IMG/VR virus record: IMGVR_UViG_3300037470_000624
Coordinates: 1 to 59,446 of that record
Strand: one strand, 5' to 3'
DNA length: 59,446 nucleotides
DNA from: a virus
Every line of letters starts with the position of its first letter. The first letter of the stretch is position 1. Under the pieces are notes generated by a model that was not told the DNA's origin, ran no database searches, and saw only the letters and a list, made by a program, of their open reading frames with translations. Made by a program: the position numbers and the translations under genes. Below, piece by piece: positions 45,708 through 53,751 of the stretch.

Positions 45708-46645
45708 CTGCCCCCCTTACACACCGGGGTCTCCCCGGTGATCCTCGCCCACTTCGTGATCAGCCACCCGGCCAGGTACAGGTTCGGCTGCACCATGACG
45801 ACCGGATGGTCCTGGGCCTCCTCTGCGAACGGGGCCAGCGGCGTCGGGTAGGGCCAGAACAGGGTGTCCGGGGTGGCCAGCAGCGGCACCCACTGCGGCC
45901 AGCCCTCGTGGACGTCGCCGCACACCAGGCGGTGCCGGCCCAGGAACCAAACCTGGCCGGGCTCCGGCATGTAGTCCGGCTCTCCGACGGTGACCCCGGC
46001 CAGCGCCAACAGCTCGCCCTTCGGCACCGGGTCGTTGCCGTCCGGGTCCGCCTCCGCCGAGCCGAGGTCGCCCGCGGCGGCCAGTTCCTCTTGGAGGCCG
46101 GCGAGGTCGGTGTCGTCGAAACCGGCCGCTGACATGAGGTCCGGGTCGTCGGCCAGGTCCTCCAGCATGTCCACGAGCTGCCCAGTGTCCCACCCGCCGC
46201 GTTCGGTGTACCGGTTGAGCGCGACCAGCAGGCCCTCCGCCTCTTTGTCCGACCGCGACGCCCAGCCGCGTTGGACGGGGGTGAGCCACTGCCCGCCGTC
46301 GGTGGTGGCAAGTACACCGTCCGGCGGGTCCTCGCCCGCGTCGCGCATGCCCTGCAGGGCCTCCCGCCGTCCGTGGCCACCGATAAGGCGGCCCGTGCGC
46401 TCGTCGAGGATGACCGCGTCCGCCATGCCGAACCGTTCGATCGCGCGGCGGATGCCGTCGAGGTCGTGCCCCTTCGGGTTGCGGGGCGCCGCGGGCAGGT
46501 CGTCAACGTCCATGTACTCGGTCCACCGCGGCGGGCGGCCCACGACCGGGCTGTCCGGTTCGTCCCCGGCCTCGAGTTGTGGGGCGGCCGGATCCGGCTC
46601 GGTGAACGTCGCCCGCGGCGCCGACAGCTTCGGCTTGGCCGTCAC
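45704..46645 (-). CDS. ParB/Srx-domain protein fused to a truncated, degenerate DNA-methyltransferase-like segment
   Basis: NPKGHDLDGIRRAIERFG..ILDERTGRLIGGHGRREAL (ParB N-domain). GRHRLVCGD, then WPYPTP where a DPPY-type motif would be expected. Confidence 0.65.
   Translation of the reverse strand: MTAKPKLSAPRATFTEPDPAAPQLEAGDEPDSPVVGRPPRWTEYMDVDDLPAAPRNPKGHDLDGIRRAIERFGMADAVILDERTGRLIGGHGRREALQGMRDAGEDPPDGVLATTDGGQWLTPVQRGWASRSDKEAEGLLVALNRYTERGGWDTGQLVDMLEDLADDPDLMSAAGFDDTDLAGLQEELAAAGDLGSAEADPDGNDPVPKGELLALAGVTVGEPDYMPEPGQVWFLGRHRLVCGDVHEGWPQWVPLLATPDTLFWPYPTPLAPFAEEAQDHPVVMVQPNLYLAGWLITKWARITGETPVCKGGR
46551..46577 (-). repeat. Dispersed 27-mer, exact copy (inside the ParB-like gene)
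   Basis: ctgtccggttcgtccccggcctcgagt is identical to 19310..19336. Confidence 0.9.
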
Positions 46646-46902
46646 CTACACGGCTCCTCGTCGTCGGTGAGGTCCACGCGGGAGCTCTCGATCCAGTAGG
46701 ACGCGCCGCCGGCCTTAGCGACGCGGGACGCCACCTCCCAGAACGGCGGGCCCTGCGGCTCGTCGTCGGGCGGCGCCGGGTGGACACCCACCCGGCCCTC
46801 CAGCCACGCCCGGTTATCGCAGAGGACCGCGCCGCACGGCACGCACCGCTGCACCATGTCCACCGGCAGGCCCGCCACGTGGACGGTGTAGGTGGCGCTC
46901 AC
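46642..46902 (-). CDS. Hypothetical protein (86 aa)
   Basis: GTGA overlaps at both ends. CVPCG motif. Confidence 0.5.
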   Translation of the reverse strand: MSATYTVHVAGLPVDMVQRCVPCGAVLCDNRAWLEGRVGVHPAPPDDEPQGPPFWEVASRVAKAGGASYWIESSRVDLTDDEEPCR

Positions 46903-47507
46903 TCGTCGTCTCCGAGCGGCGGGACGGGATGCGGGCCGGCGAACGTCGGCGCCGGGATGCCCGAGGACGGGGCCGGCGGCGCCGGCGACGTCGCCTCCAG
47001 CCGCGCGGCGACGTCCCACGCCTCTACCGGGGTCATGCCCTGGGCGATCGCGTTGTCGTACGCCGCGCGCTGCTCGTCGGTCATCCATCCCAGGTTCGAC
47101 GTCGCGGCCGGCTGCTCGGGCGTCGGCGCCGACCGGTGCCCGTCCCAGGCCTGCGTGCCGTTGCGGTGCGCGTCGCGGTGCCCCTGCGGCATCTCGACCA
47201 CGGCCTCCGGGAGCGTGTCCTGGGCGCCTGTGCGGGCGAAGTAGGCGTCCCGGTAGGCCTGGACTACCCGCGGGCGTCCCAGCTCGTCGAGGATCGGCTC
47301 GATAGCCAGGATCTCCACGACCGGGATCAGCTCGGGGCCTTCGTGCTCGTCCTCGTTGCGGTGAACACGGCGGATCGTCTCGTACACCCCGATCTTGACC
47401 ACCGCGTAAATGACGTCCTCGTCGCGCTCGACCAGACGCTCCGATATGGCGGCCAGACCGTTGTACGTCTCGGCCGGGGCCGCGCCGCGTATGCGGACCT
47501 TGCCCAT
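46899..47507 (-). CDS. Hypothetical protein (202 aa)
   Basis: ATG directly after GGGAGGGAACCC. Confidence 0.6.
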   Translation of the reverse strand: MGKVRIRGAAPAETYNGLAAISERLVERDEDVIYAVVKIGVYETIRRVHRNEDEHEGPELIPVVEILAIEPILDELGRPRVVQAYRDAYFARTGAQDTLPEAVVEMPQGHRDAHRNGTQAWDGHRSAPTPEQPAATSNLGWMTDEQRAAYDNAIAQGMTPVEAWDVAARLEATSPAPPAPSSGIPAPTFAGPHPVPPLGDDE

Positions 47508-47599
47508 GGGTTCCCTCCCAGGTGTGTGAGTGGCCACCCAGCATGGGCCACTGACCCGACGTTAGGGAATCGGTGCGACAGGAACACGGGGACAGCGAA

Positions 47600-47634
47600 G
47601 CGGCCCGCCCCCGATGCCAACGGGGGCGGGCCGC
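47600..47634 (-). terminator. Hairpin after 47650..47898
   Basis: gcggcccgccccc / 9-nt loop / gggggcgggccgc (13 bp). Confidence 0.7.
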
Positions 47635-47649
47635 TCGGGCACGCCAGGG

Positions 47650-47898
47650 TCAGACGCCCCCGGCCTGGGCCGCCATGCCGGCTTCGAAACCGGCGACCCA
47701 CACCGGGACCTGCTGGCCTGTGAGCGCCACCGTGCGGCCCGCGTACTCGACCACGTAGAGCCGCGGGGCGCCGGTGACGTCGTTGGGTTGCTCCATGCGG
47801 AGATAGCGGACGTGCCCCGCCTCGTCCAGGCGCATGAGTAGCGCGATCTTGGCCGCGAAACCGCGGTCTCCGGGGCCGATGCGCTGGGCTGCGCTCAC
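47650..47898 (-). CDS. Hypothetical protein (82 aa)
   Basis: GTG after GAAGGG. Confidence 0.5.
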   Translation of the reverse strand: MSAAQRIGPGDRGFAAKIALLMRLDEAGHVRYLRMEQPNDVTGAPRLYVVEYAGRTVALTGQQVPVWVAGFEAGMAAQAGGV

Positions 47899-47951
47899 GT
47901 GCCCGCCCTTCTCGAACTGTCGGTTTGTGTGTCGGTTACGTGTACAGGCTA

Positions 47952-47990
47952 GGTCCGGGTGTGTTCGCGTGCAACGGACACACCCGGACC
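47952..47990 (-). terminator. Hairpin after 47999..48445, followed by a TGTACA box (47941..47946)
   Basis: ggtccgggtgtgt / 13-nt loop / acacacccggacc (13 bp). Confidence 0.65.
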
Positions 47991-47998
47991 GTCCGGGC

Positions 47999-48445
47999 CT
48001 ACTGTCCGCCGAGAGCCTGCCCGCGTTCCTTGAGACGCAGCAGGTCCTCCATCGCGGCGAGGCCCTGCTCCATCTCGCGCTGGCGGCGCAGCAGTCCGCG
48101 CTGGCAGTCCAGCAGCTCGCTCTGGCGGTGCAGCAGGGCCGCGTTCTCCTCCATGACCTCGGCGAGGCGGTCCGCGTCGATCCTCCAGTCCCGTTCTACG
48201 CCCTCCAGGGTGCTGACGGTGCTACGGATGACGTTGTCCAGTGCCTCCAGGGCGTGCCTGGCCAGGCGGCCGGCGGCGGCCGGGTCGCTGGTCTCGGTCA
48301 CCCCGTCGACCAGGCGGCGGGCCAGGTCAGCGAACAGCACGGTGCCCGCAACCTCCTGACGCAGACCGTCGAACGCCTCCTCATGCTCCGTCGGGATGCC
48401 GTACTTCCTGGCCACTTCGACAGTGGGCGTGCTCCACGGGCTCAT
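47999..48445 (-). CDS. Hypothetical coiled-coil protein (148 aa)
   Basis: ATGA overlap. Heptad-rich C-terminus. Confidence 0.55.
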   Translation of the reverse strand: MSPWSTPTVEVARKYGIPTEHEEAFDGLRQEVAGTVLFADLARRLVDGVTETSDPAAAGRLARHALEALDNVIRSTVSTLEGVERDWRIDADRLAEVMEENAALLHRQSELLDCQRGLLRRQREMEQGLAAMEDLLRLKERGQALGGQ

Positions 48446-48756
48446 GACCGGCTACCGATCGGGGTCTCCGTCGCGCAACCCGCGCAGGTGCCGACCTGGA
48501 CGGCGATCGCATACAGGTCGCGCACCTCGTGGCGGACGCGGTACTCGTGCTGGCAGGTGAGGCAGGTGGTCGCCACGGCGGCCGTAGCGCCGGCGATCCG
48601 GTCCCGTTCCGCTACGAGCTGGGTGTGGGTGTCGAGGCCCGCGCTGGCCAGCGCGTCGGCCAGGTGGGTGAGCAGCAGGAGGCGGGAGCGGAGCCGGTAC
48701 AGCTCCCGCACGGTGATGTTGAGCGGCGGTGCGCTGCCGGTCGGGGTGGTGGTCAC
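48442..48756 (-). CDS. Hypothetical protein (104 aa)
   Basis: GTG after GAAGGGA. CLTCQ..CAGC. Confidence 0.5.
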   Translation of the reverse strand: MTTTPTGSAPPLNITVRELYRLRSRLLLLTHLADALASAGLDTHTQLVAERDRIAGATAAVATTCLTCQHEYRVRHEVRDLYAIAVQVGTCAGCATETPIGSRS

Positions 48757-48791
48757 GCGGTGGGTCCCTTCGGGTCGGTCGGGGTGGGTGG

Positions 48792-49070
48792 TCAGCCCTG
48801 CTGTGCGCAGGGGTAGCTGGCGGGGTGGACGCCGGCCGGGAGCGCGCAGGTGTCGCACGACGGGTAGCCGCGGCTGTCCAGCTCCTCGTGGAGGATGTCC
48901 AGCGCGGCGGACATGTCGCCCTGGGCCGGGTCCTCGTGCATCTTCCACACGGTGCGGTGGTACTCCTCCAGCACGCCGTCGGTGAGCCAGCCGCACACCG
49001 TGCGCATGCGGTCCGCGGCGGTACCGCCGAGCGCGTCGGTCGCGGTACCGAGGTGGGAAGGTGTCGTCAT
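48792..49070 (-). CDS. Hypothetical protein (92 aa)
   Basis: ATG after GGAGG. Confidence 0.55.
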   Translation of the reverse strand: MTTPSHLGTATDALGGTAADRMRTVCGWLTDGVLEEYHRTVWKMHEDPAQGDMSAALDILHEELDSRGYPSCDTCALPAGVHPASYPCAQQG

Positions 49071-49090
49071 GGGTCGGTCCTCCTGAGTGG

Positions 49091-49372
49091 TTAGGACGCC
49101 TGCCACAGCGCGCCGGTGTGGGAGATGGCGGAGGAGTGGTTCTTGCCTCCGCACTGGCAGGTGCAGCGGCGTCCGGTGCCTTCGGTGCACCACGGGCCGC
49201 ACTCCCGCTTGCCGACGGTGCCCGAGACCGGGACCAAGACAGTCCAGCGGCGGCAGGCGGGACAACGGACCTGCCAGCAGTTCTCGTACGCCTCATGCGC
49301 AGTGGTCGAGAACACGTGTCCAGCGCTGCACTTGCCGATTGCCCGGTGCCCGATTGCGCTGTGTGCTGCCAT
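49091..49372 (-). CDS. Hypothetical Cys-rich (zinc-finger-like) protein (93 aa)
   Basis: CPACRRW..CGPWC..CTCQCGG. Promoter E5 upstream. Confidence 0.55.
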   Translation of the reverse strand: MAAHSAIGHRAIGKCSAGHVFSTTAHEAYENCWQVRCPACRRWTVLVPVSGTVGKRECGPWCTEGTGRRCTCQCGGKNHSSAISHTGALWQAS

Positions 49373-49409
49373 CGCCGTTGCCCTTCGTCGGTGTGTCGCT
49401 TGCCTGTAC

Positions 49410-49453
49410 AGACTAACACACCTCTTGCGTCCGTGTGTAGGTCCTCGACACAG
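49410..49453 (-). promoter_or_regulatory. Early-type promoter E5 (-35 TACACA, 18 nt, -10 TAGTCT; upstream CTGTGTCGAGGACC)
   Basis: Minus strand reads CTGTGTCGAGGACCTACACA-N18-TAGTCT. GGTGTGT/ACACACC arms flank the -10. Confidence 0.45.
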
Positions 49454-49459
49454 CGAGCA

Positions 49460-49490
49460 GGGGGCGCCGGCCTGCTCGGCCAGCGCCCCC
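49460..49490 (-). terminator. Hairpin after 49511..50068
   Basis: gggggcgccggcc / tgctc / ggccagcgccccc (12 of 13 bp). Confidence 0.65.
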
Positions 49491-49510
49491 GCACAGCTCG
49501 ACGACTCCCG

Positions 49511-50068
49511 CTATCCCAGTTCCAGCTCTGCCCGCTTCGTCAGCCAGTCAGTGACGTACTGGCCGTTGGCGATTCGCTCCTGCATCGGGTTGTCACGACG
49601 AGGGGCATTGGCCCAATCGCCGGTACGCCACTTCTCCCGAGCCTCCATCAACGCGTCGAAGCGCCCTTTCCTCTCGATCTTCTCCAAGTCGGGAGAGGCG
49701 TCAGCCTTGCTCCCGGTGAAGAGTTGCGCCCGGGCATCCGCGACCAGCCGCTCGACCGCGCGCAGGGCCTCCGCCGCTTCCTCCGGCGTGCCACGGAAAC
49801 CCGCGAGCGCGCTGTCGAGGTCGAACCGCAGCCTGTCCAGCTCCTGTCGTGCGACCGTCGCCCGGACCCTCTTGTCCGCGGCGGGGAGCAGCCTGGCCGC
49901 GTAGCGATCGCCGATCAGGCGGCCGTCGGTCCGGCGGTACTTCCTGCCGGCCTCGGTGACAATCTGGGTGGCCGTGAGCCTGTCGACCGTCGTGAGCTGT
50001 GCAATCGCCGGTCCGGGTCCGCGCATCTCGTAGTGCGCCACCCGGTCACCCGGCTGGAAATCGGTCAC
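49511..50068 (-). CDS. Hypothetical protein (185 aa)
   Basis: GTGA overlap. Confidence 0.55.
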   Translation of the reverse strand: MTDFQPGDRVAHYEMRGPGPAIAQLTTVDRLTATQIVTEAGRKYRRTDGRLIGDRYAARLLPAADKRVRATVARQELDRLRFDLDSALAGFRGTPEEAAEALRAVERLVADARAQLFTGSKADASPDLEKIERKGRFDALMEAREKWRTGDWANAPRRDNPMQERIANGQYVTDWLTKRAELELG

Positions 50069-50493
50069 GGGGCCGCCGCCCGGGCCGCGGCGCCGGCGAG
50101 CTGCGGGGCGTCGAATTCGAACACGCCCGACGCGTTGACCTCGACCAGCAGCGGCACCTCCCCGGTGTCCTCGCCCTGGCGGATGTCCGCCACGTGGACG
50201 AACGGTTGACCGTCCTCCCGGACGTCCACCATGAGCGACACCCCGTGGACCTCGATCGTGTAGGCGTCCGCCTTGTCGCCCGTCTCCGGCTCAAGGGGGC
50301 GGACGGTGACGACAGCGTCCCGGACCATCACCTCCACGCCCTCATCCGGCGCCCGGTCGGTGCGGTTGTGCCACTCCAGGTGGGCTTTCATGTCCAGCGC
50401 GTGCTGGTCCAGCTCGCCCGGGGGGACGATGATGCCCGGCGACATGCGGTGCCCGCCGTCGGCGTAGTGGAGGTGCGCCGGCTCGCCGCTCAC
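50065..50493 (-). CDS. Hypothetical protein (142 aa)
   Basis: GTGA overlaps on both sides. Confidence 0.55.
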   Translation of the reverse strand: MSGEPAHLHYADGGHRMSPGIIVPPGELDQHALDMKAHLEWHNRTDRAPDEGVEVMVRDAVVTVRPLEPETGDKADAYTIEVHGVSLMVDVREDGQPFVHVADIRQGEDTGEVPLLVEVNASGVFEFDAPQLAGAAARAAAP

Positions 50494-50780
50494 TTTCCCA
50501 CCTGCGCCCAGCTACGGCACCCGGGGCAGTCCGCGGGCGGCCGGTGCTCCGGGGAGTCGGCCGGCACGGTGCAGGCGTGGAACCGGGAGCGGTAGGTGTC
50601 GGCCAGGTAGCCGGCGGACTTGATCGTGCGGCGGGCCTGGTCCTGCCCGTCCTCCGGCGGCGCCGGCCGGTCCATGGAGCACCCGGGTACGTGGGGGGCT
50701 CGGCCCATGCCGCGGTCGGGCGGGCAGGAGCAGCCGACCGACTCGCGTACGTACTTCTCGATCGCGTCCGCGGTGTTCAC
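50490..50780 (-). CDS. Hypothetical Cys-rich protein (96 aa)
   Basis: GTGA overlap. Confidence 0.5.
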   Translation of the reverse strand: MNTADAIEKYVRESVGCSCPPDRGMGRAPHVPGCSMDRPAPPEDGQDQARRTIKSAGYLADTYRSRFHACTVPADSPEHRPPADCPGCRSWAQVGK

Positions 50781-51055
50781 AGCGGCACCACGCCGTCCAG
50801 GGCGAGCCAGGGCGCCGACTCCGCGGCCTGGACCACCTCTTTTACGTCGATGTGGTCCACGAGGTGTAGCTCGTGGTCGGGGTGGGCGGTGATCGGGGGG
50901 CCTGACTGGACAGGGACGACGTAGCCACTGGTCCATGTCGAGTAGCCCCCCCGGTCGCGCACCTCCGTGGGTCGTCCGGTGACTAGCTCGGCGACGTCGT
51001 GACCAGGTGCCAAGCCCACCACGATCATGCCCGGTTCAAGGTCTCTCGGTAGCAT
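50777..51055 (-). CDS. Hypothetical protein (92 aa)
   Basis: ATG after GGAGGA. Promoter E6 upstream. Confidence 0.55.
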   Translation of the reverse strand: MLPRDLEPGMIVVGLAPGHDVAELVTGRPTEVRDRGGYSTWTSGYVVPVQSGPPITAHPDHELHLVDHIDVKEVVQAAESAPWLALDGVVPL

Positions 51056-51107
51056 TGGTCCGCACTCCTCCCGTTTCGTGTGTGTACAGGTCAACTACAC
51101 ACACCCA

Positions 51108-51150
51108 ACGGTAGACGCAGAGCGCGTCCCTGTACAGGGAAACGGGACAG
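51108..51150 (-). promoter_or_regulatory. Early-type promoter E6 (-35 TGTACA, 17 nt, -10 TACCGT) with leader inverted repeat GTGTGTGTA-N9-TACACACAC (51078..51104)
   Basis: Minus strand reads CTGTCCCGTTTCCCTGTACA-N17-TACCGT. Confidence 0.5.
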
Positions 51151-51269
51151 TCAAGAGGTCGGATTCAGGCGCCAGACAGTCGAAAGCCCCCTCGGACCGG
51201 ACGGACGCCAGCACGGCGACCCGAGGGGGCGATCGGACTAGGACATCCGACTGAGCTGCGCCAGCGACG

Positions 51270-51863
51270 CTACCTGACCCCGCCCTCCACCGTCCACGTT
51301 TCCCCCGGGCCCAGGACGAACAGCAGACGCGACCCGCCCCGATCGTCCAGCAGCCGCACCTCCCGCCGAGCCTCATACAGAACCGGGACGTCGACAGGCA
51401 GCGCAAGACCGTTGGGCGACAGGCGCCAACCCTTCGCCAGCGCCTCCAGCTTCCCTTCCCCCTCCACCCACCCGTGGCACCCCGTCGTGCCCGTACCGTC
51501 CATGAGCACGCCGTTGGCCGGGCCCCCCACCCACTCCAGCGACGTCCCGCCCGCGGCCCGAGCACGGCGGTGCTGGATCGACCCCCGGACCCCCGAGATG
51601 CGCCGGCCGCACCGCACGCAGCACCGCTCGTCCCGCGCGTAGATCAACCCCCGTGACCGCTTGGAGAACGACCCATCCGGCGGCGCCGCCGACCGGCGAT
51701 GCTCCCGCGGCGCCGGCGACACCGGGGGAGCAGGAGGCCGGCGGACCCACCTCGTACGCGCCAGGCCCGCCGTACGCGCCAACGGCTCGCCCCGAGACAG
51801 CCCCTTGCCCCGCGCCAGCGGGGTACGGCGATCACCGAACGCCACGGAGCCCCCGCATCGCAT
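51270..51863 (-). CDS. HNH endonuclease (start uncertain: 51845-51917)
   Basis: IYARDERCCVRCGRR..GSIQHRRARAAGG is typical of phage HNH. Confidence 0.7.
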   Translation of the reverse strand: MRCGGSVAFGDRRTPLARGKGLSRGEPLARTAGLARTRWVRRPPAPPVSPAPREHRRSAAPPDGSFSKRSRGLIYARDERCCVRCGRRISGVRGSIQHRRARAAGGTSLEWVGGPANGVLMDGTGTTGCHGWVEGEGKLEALAKGWRLSPNGLALPVDVPVLYEARREVRLLDDRGGSRLLFVLGPGETWTVEGGVR

Positions 51864-52023
51864 CCCCGCACGCCCGGCAGATACCCACGCCCCGGCTCCC
51901 GGTCCAGATGGTGTCACGGGCTCGCCACTGGTGCCCGCCGAACATGGCGCCGCACCTCGGGCACGGCCGCCAGAAATAGCCCCGCCAGCGCGCCCAGAGG
52001 CGGTGCGCCCACCGCGGGATCAC
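51832..52023 (-). CDS. Small Cys-rich protein (63 aa)
   Basis: GTGA overlap. CPRCG..CRACG. Confidence 0.45.
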   Translation of the reverse strand: MIPRWAHRLWARWRGYFWRPCPRCGAMFGGHQWRARDTIWTGSRGVGICRACGDAMRGLRGVR

Positions 52024-52253
52024 TGCGGCGCCTTCGGGGTCCAGGGGATGCCCCACCGGTACGCCGCGGCGTCCATCGCTGCCCGTACCTCCGGGGTCCA
52101 CGTCGGCTCCCGGCCGCCCAGCCACTCCGGCGGATCCGGCGGCGGGGGCAGCTCGAACGGCGGGTTGTCGATCGGTGCGCGGTGCGACATGGGCGCGGGG
52201 ATGCCGTCGCCCAGCCACTCACGCAGGTCAGTGCTCGGGGTCAGCTCGGTCAC
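52020..52253 (-). CDS. Hypothetical protein (77 aa)
   Basis: GTGA overlaps. Confidence 0.45.
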   Translation of the reverse strand: MTELTPSTDLREWLGDGIPAPMSHRAPIDNPPFELPPPPDPPEWLGGREPTWTPEVRAAMDAAAYRWGIPWTPKAPQ

Positions 52254-53296
52254 CGCGTCTCCCGCGGCGCCTGGTAGTGGTTCTGGGCAAGCCACATGAT
52301 CTGTTCGGCGAGCTGGACCGCCTGCGCTAGCGGCATGTGGACCACGGCCTCGACGGTCGGCCCGTCGGGGTTGTTGCGGTCCGCCGGCGCCTCGGCCCCC
52401 ACCCAGACGGACGGGACGAACGCAGCGCTGGACTCGTAGACGCGGACCGCGCCGGCCGGCCGGCCCGCGTGGAACCCCGCGACCGGCGGGAGGTGCTGGA
52501 ATCCCCGTTCCGTGCGCTCCGGGCGCAGGTGCGGCGGGACGTCCGCGACGTCGTAGTAGACGCCCGGCCACGACTCTTTGAACGTCAAGCTCAGGCCAGG
52601 GCTCTGGACGCGGTGCTCGCCGCTGCACGGGACGTGCGCGTCGAGCGGCAGCGTGCAGCGCAGCGCCATGCCCGAGGTGGCGTCCTGTAGCCGCCAGGGG
52701 CAGGACCAGTCCTCCTCCGGCGCCGGGGGACACGAGCACGTCCGCGGGCCGATGTGCATTCCGCGTTCGGGGCACGGGCCTTCGTTGCGGCGGTGGAACG
52801 GCGACCGATACGCCGGCGGGTCGGCAACGTTCGGGGTCTCGTTGAGAGCCGCGGCGACGAACTGGTCCTGTGCGGCCTTCCTCACTGCCAGCACGTCCTC
52901 CGCCGGCGGCCGGTAGGCGTTGGGGTCCGGCAGGTCGGCCACGCGGCCGGCGAACGTGGGGCGGGCCGGCAAGTCCGCGACGGCCCGCCGGAGTATCTGC
53001 GCGTCGCCCGGGGTGATCGCCCCGCGGTTCTCCGCCGCGGTGATGCTGTCCTCCGTGATCGGCTCGGGCACTCCCAACACGGTGACTTCGACGTTGTGAA
53101 CGGTCTTGGTCGGGTCGATGCGGAAGACACCCGGGGCGCCCTCCATCCACCGGACGCTGACCCCTCCGTCTAGCGATGCCATGTGCTCCCCCTCCGTGAC
53201 GTGTTCCTCCACGGAGAGTGTGCAAGCTACGGCGATGCCTTGCGGCCAGAACGCGAGACGCCACGGGCAGGGCCCCAGCTCGGCGACGGTCGACAT
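52250..53296 (-). CDS. Hypothetical protein (348 aa) with an internal duplication
   Basis: ATG after GGGAG. CPWRL..G[IM]A..CTL..GEH..PGV[FY] occurs twice. Confidence 0.6.
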   Translation of the reverse strand: MSTVAELGPCPWRLAFWPQGIAVACTLSVEEHVTEGEHMASLDGGVSVRWMEGAPGVFRIDPTKTVHNVEVTVLGVPEPITEDSITAAENRGAITPGDAQILRRAVADLPARPTFAGRVADLPDPNAYRPPAEDVLAVRKAAQDQFVAAALNETPNVADPPAYRSPFHRRNEGPCPERGMHIGPRTCSCPPAPEEDWSCPWRLQDATSGMALRCTLPLDAHVPCSGEHRVQSPGLSLTFKESWPGVYYDVADVPPHLRPERTERGFQHLPPVAGFHAGRPAGAVRVYESSAAFVPSVWVGAEAPADRNNPDGPTVEAVVHMPLAQAVQLAEQIMWLAQNHYQAPRETR

Positions 53297-53382
53297 GAGC
53301 TCCCTTTCACTGCCCCGGAGGTCGGGTAGGTGTGCCGTACCGCCCGCGGCCGGGGCGCCGCGAGCGGCACGAGGTGGGGCGG

Positions 53383-53718
53383 TTACCCGCCGGCGGCGCG
53401 CTCGCCGGTAGCCCGCTCCTGGTGGTCGGCCGGGCGCTCCTGGTGGGGCACGGTGCGCCGGCGGAACTGGACCACCGTGGGACGCGCCAGACGTCGGCCG
53501 CCCGGGGCGGACGCCTCGTGCCCGCACCGCATGCAGTGCGAGTCCAGGAACAGGCCGTGCGCCGTCTCGACCGGGGCCTCGCCCAGCATCGGGCCCTGGC
53601 AGAGGCGGCAGCGGCCTACGGGCTGCCCCGTACCGACGAGGTATTCCCACCGGTCGACCGTGATGCCCGTCGCTGTCGCCACCGCTCTCACCTCCCACAG
53701 TGTGCCGGTTACAGACAC
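53383..53718 (-). CDS. Hypothetical zinc-finger-like protein (111 aa)
   Basis: CRLCQG..HCMRCGH. Confidence 0.5.
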   Translation of the reverse strand: MSVTGTLWEVRAVATATGITVDRWEYLVGTGQPVGRCRLCQGPMLGEAPVETAHGLFLDSHCMRCGHEASAPGGRRLARPTVVQFRRRTVPHQERPADHQERATGERAAGG

Positions 53719-53751
53719 AGTGTCCCACGTTTCGTGGCCGCGGTCGAATGA

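Noticed and set aside
47941-47946. Counting the TGTACA boxes at 47941, 40291, 58350 and 58392 as full promoters.
   Set aside because: No TAnnnT hexamer lies 17-18 nt downstream. They are kept only as related boxes or possible operators.
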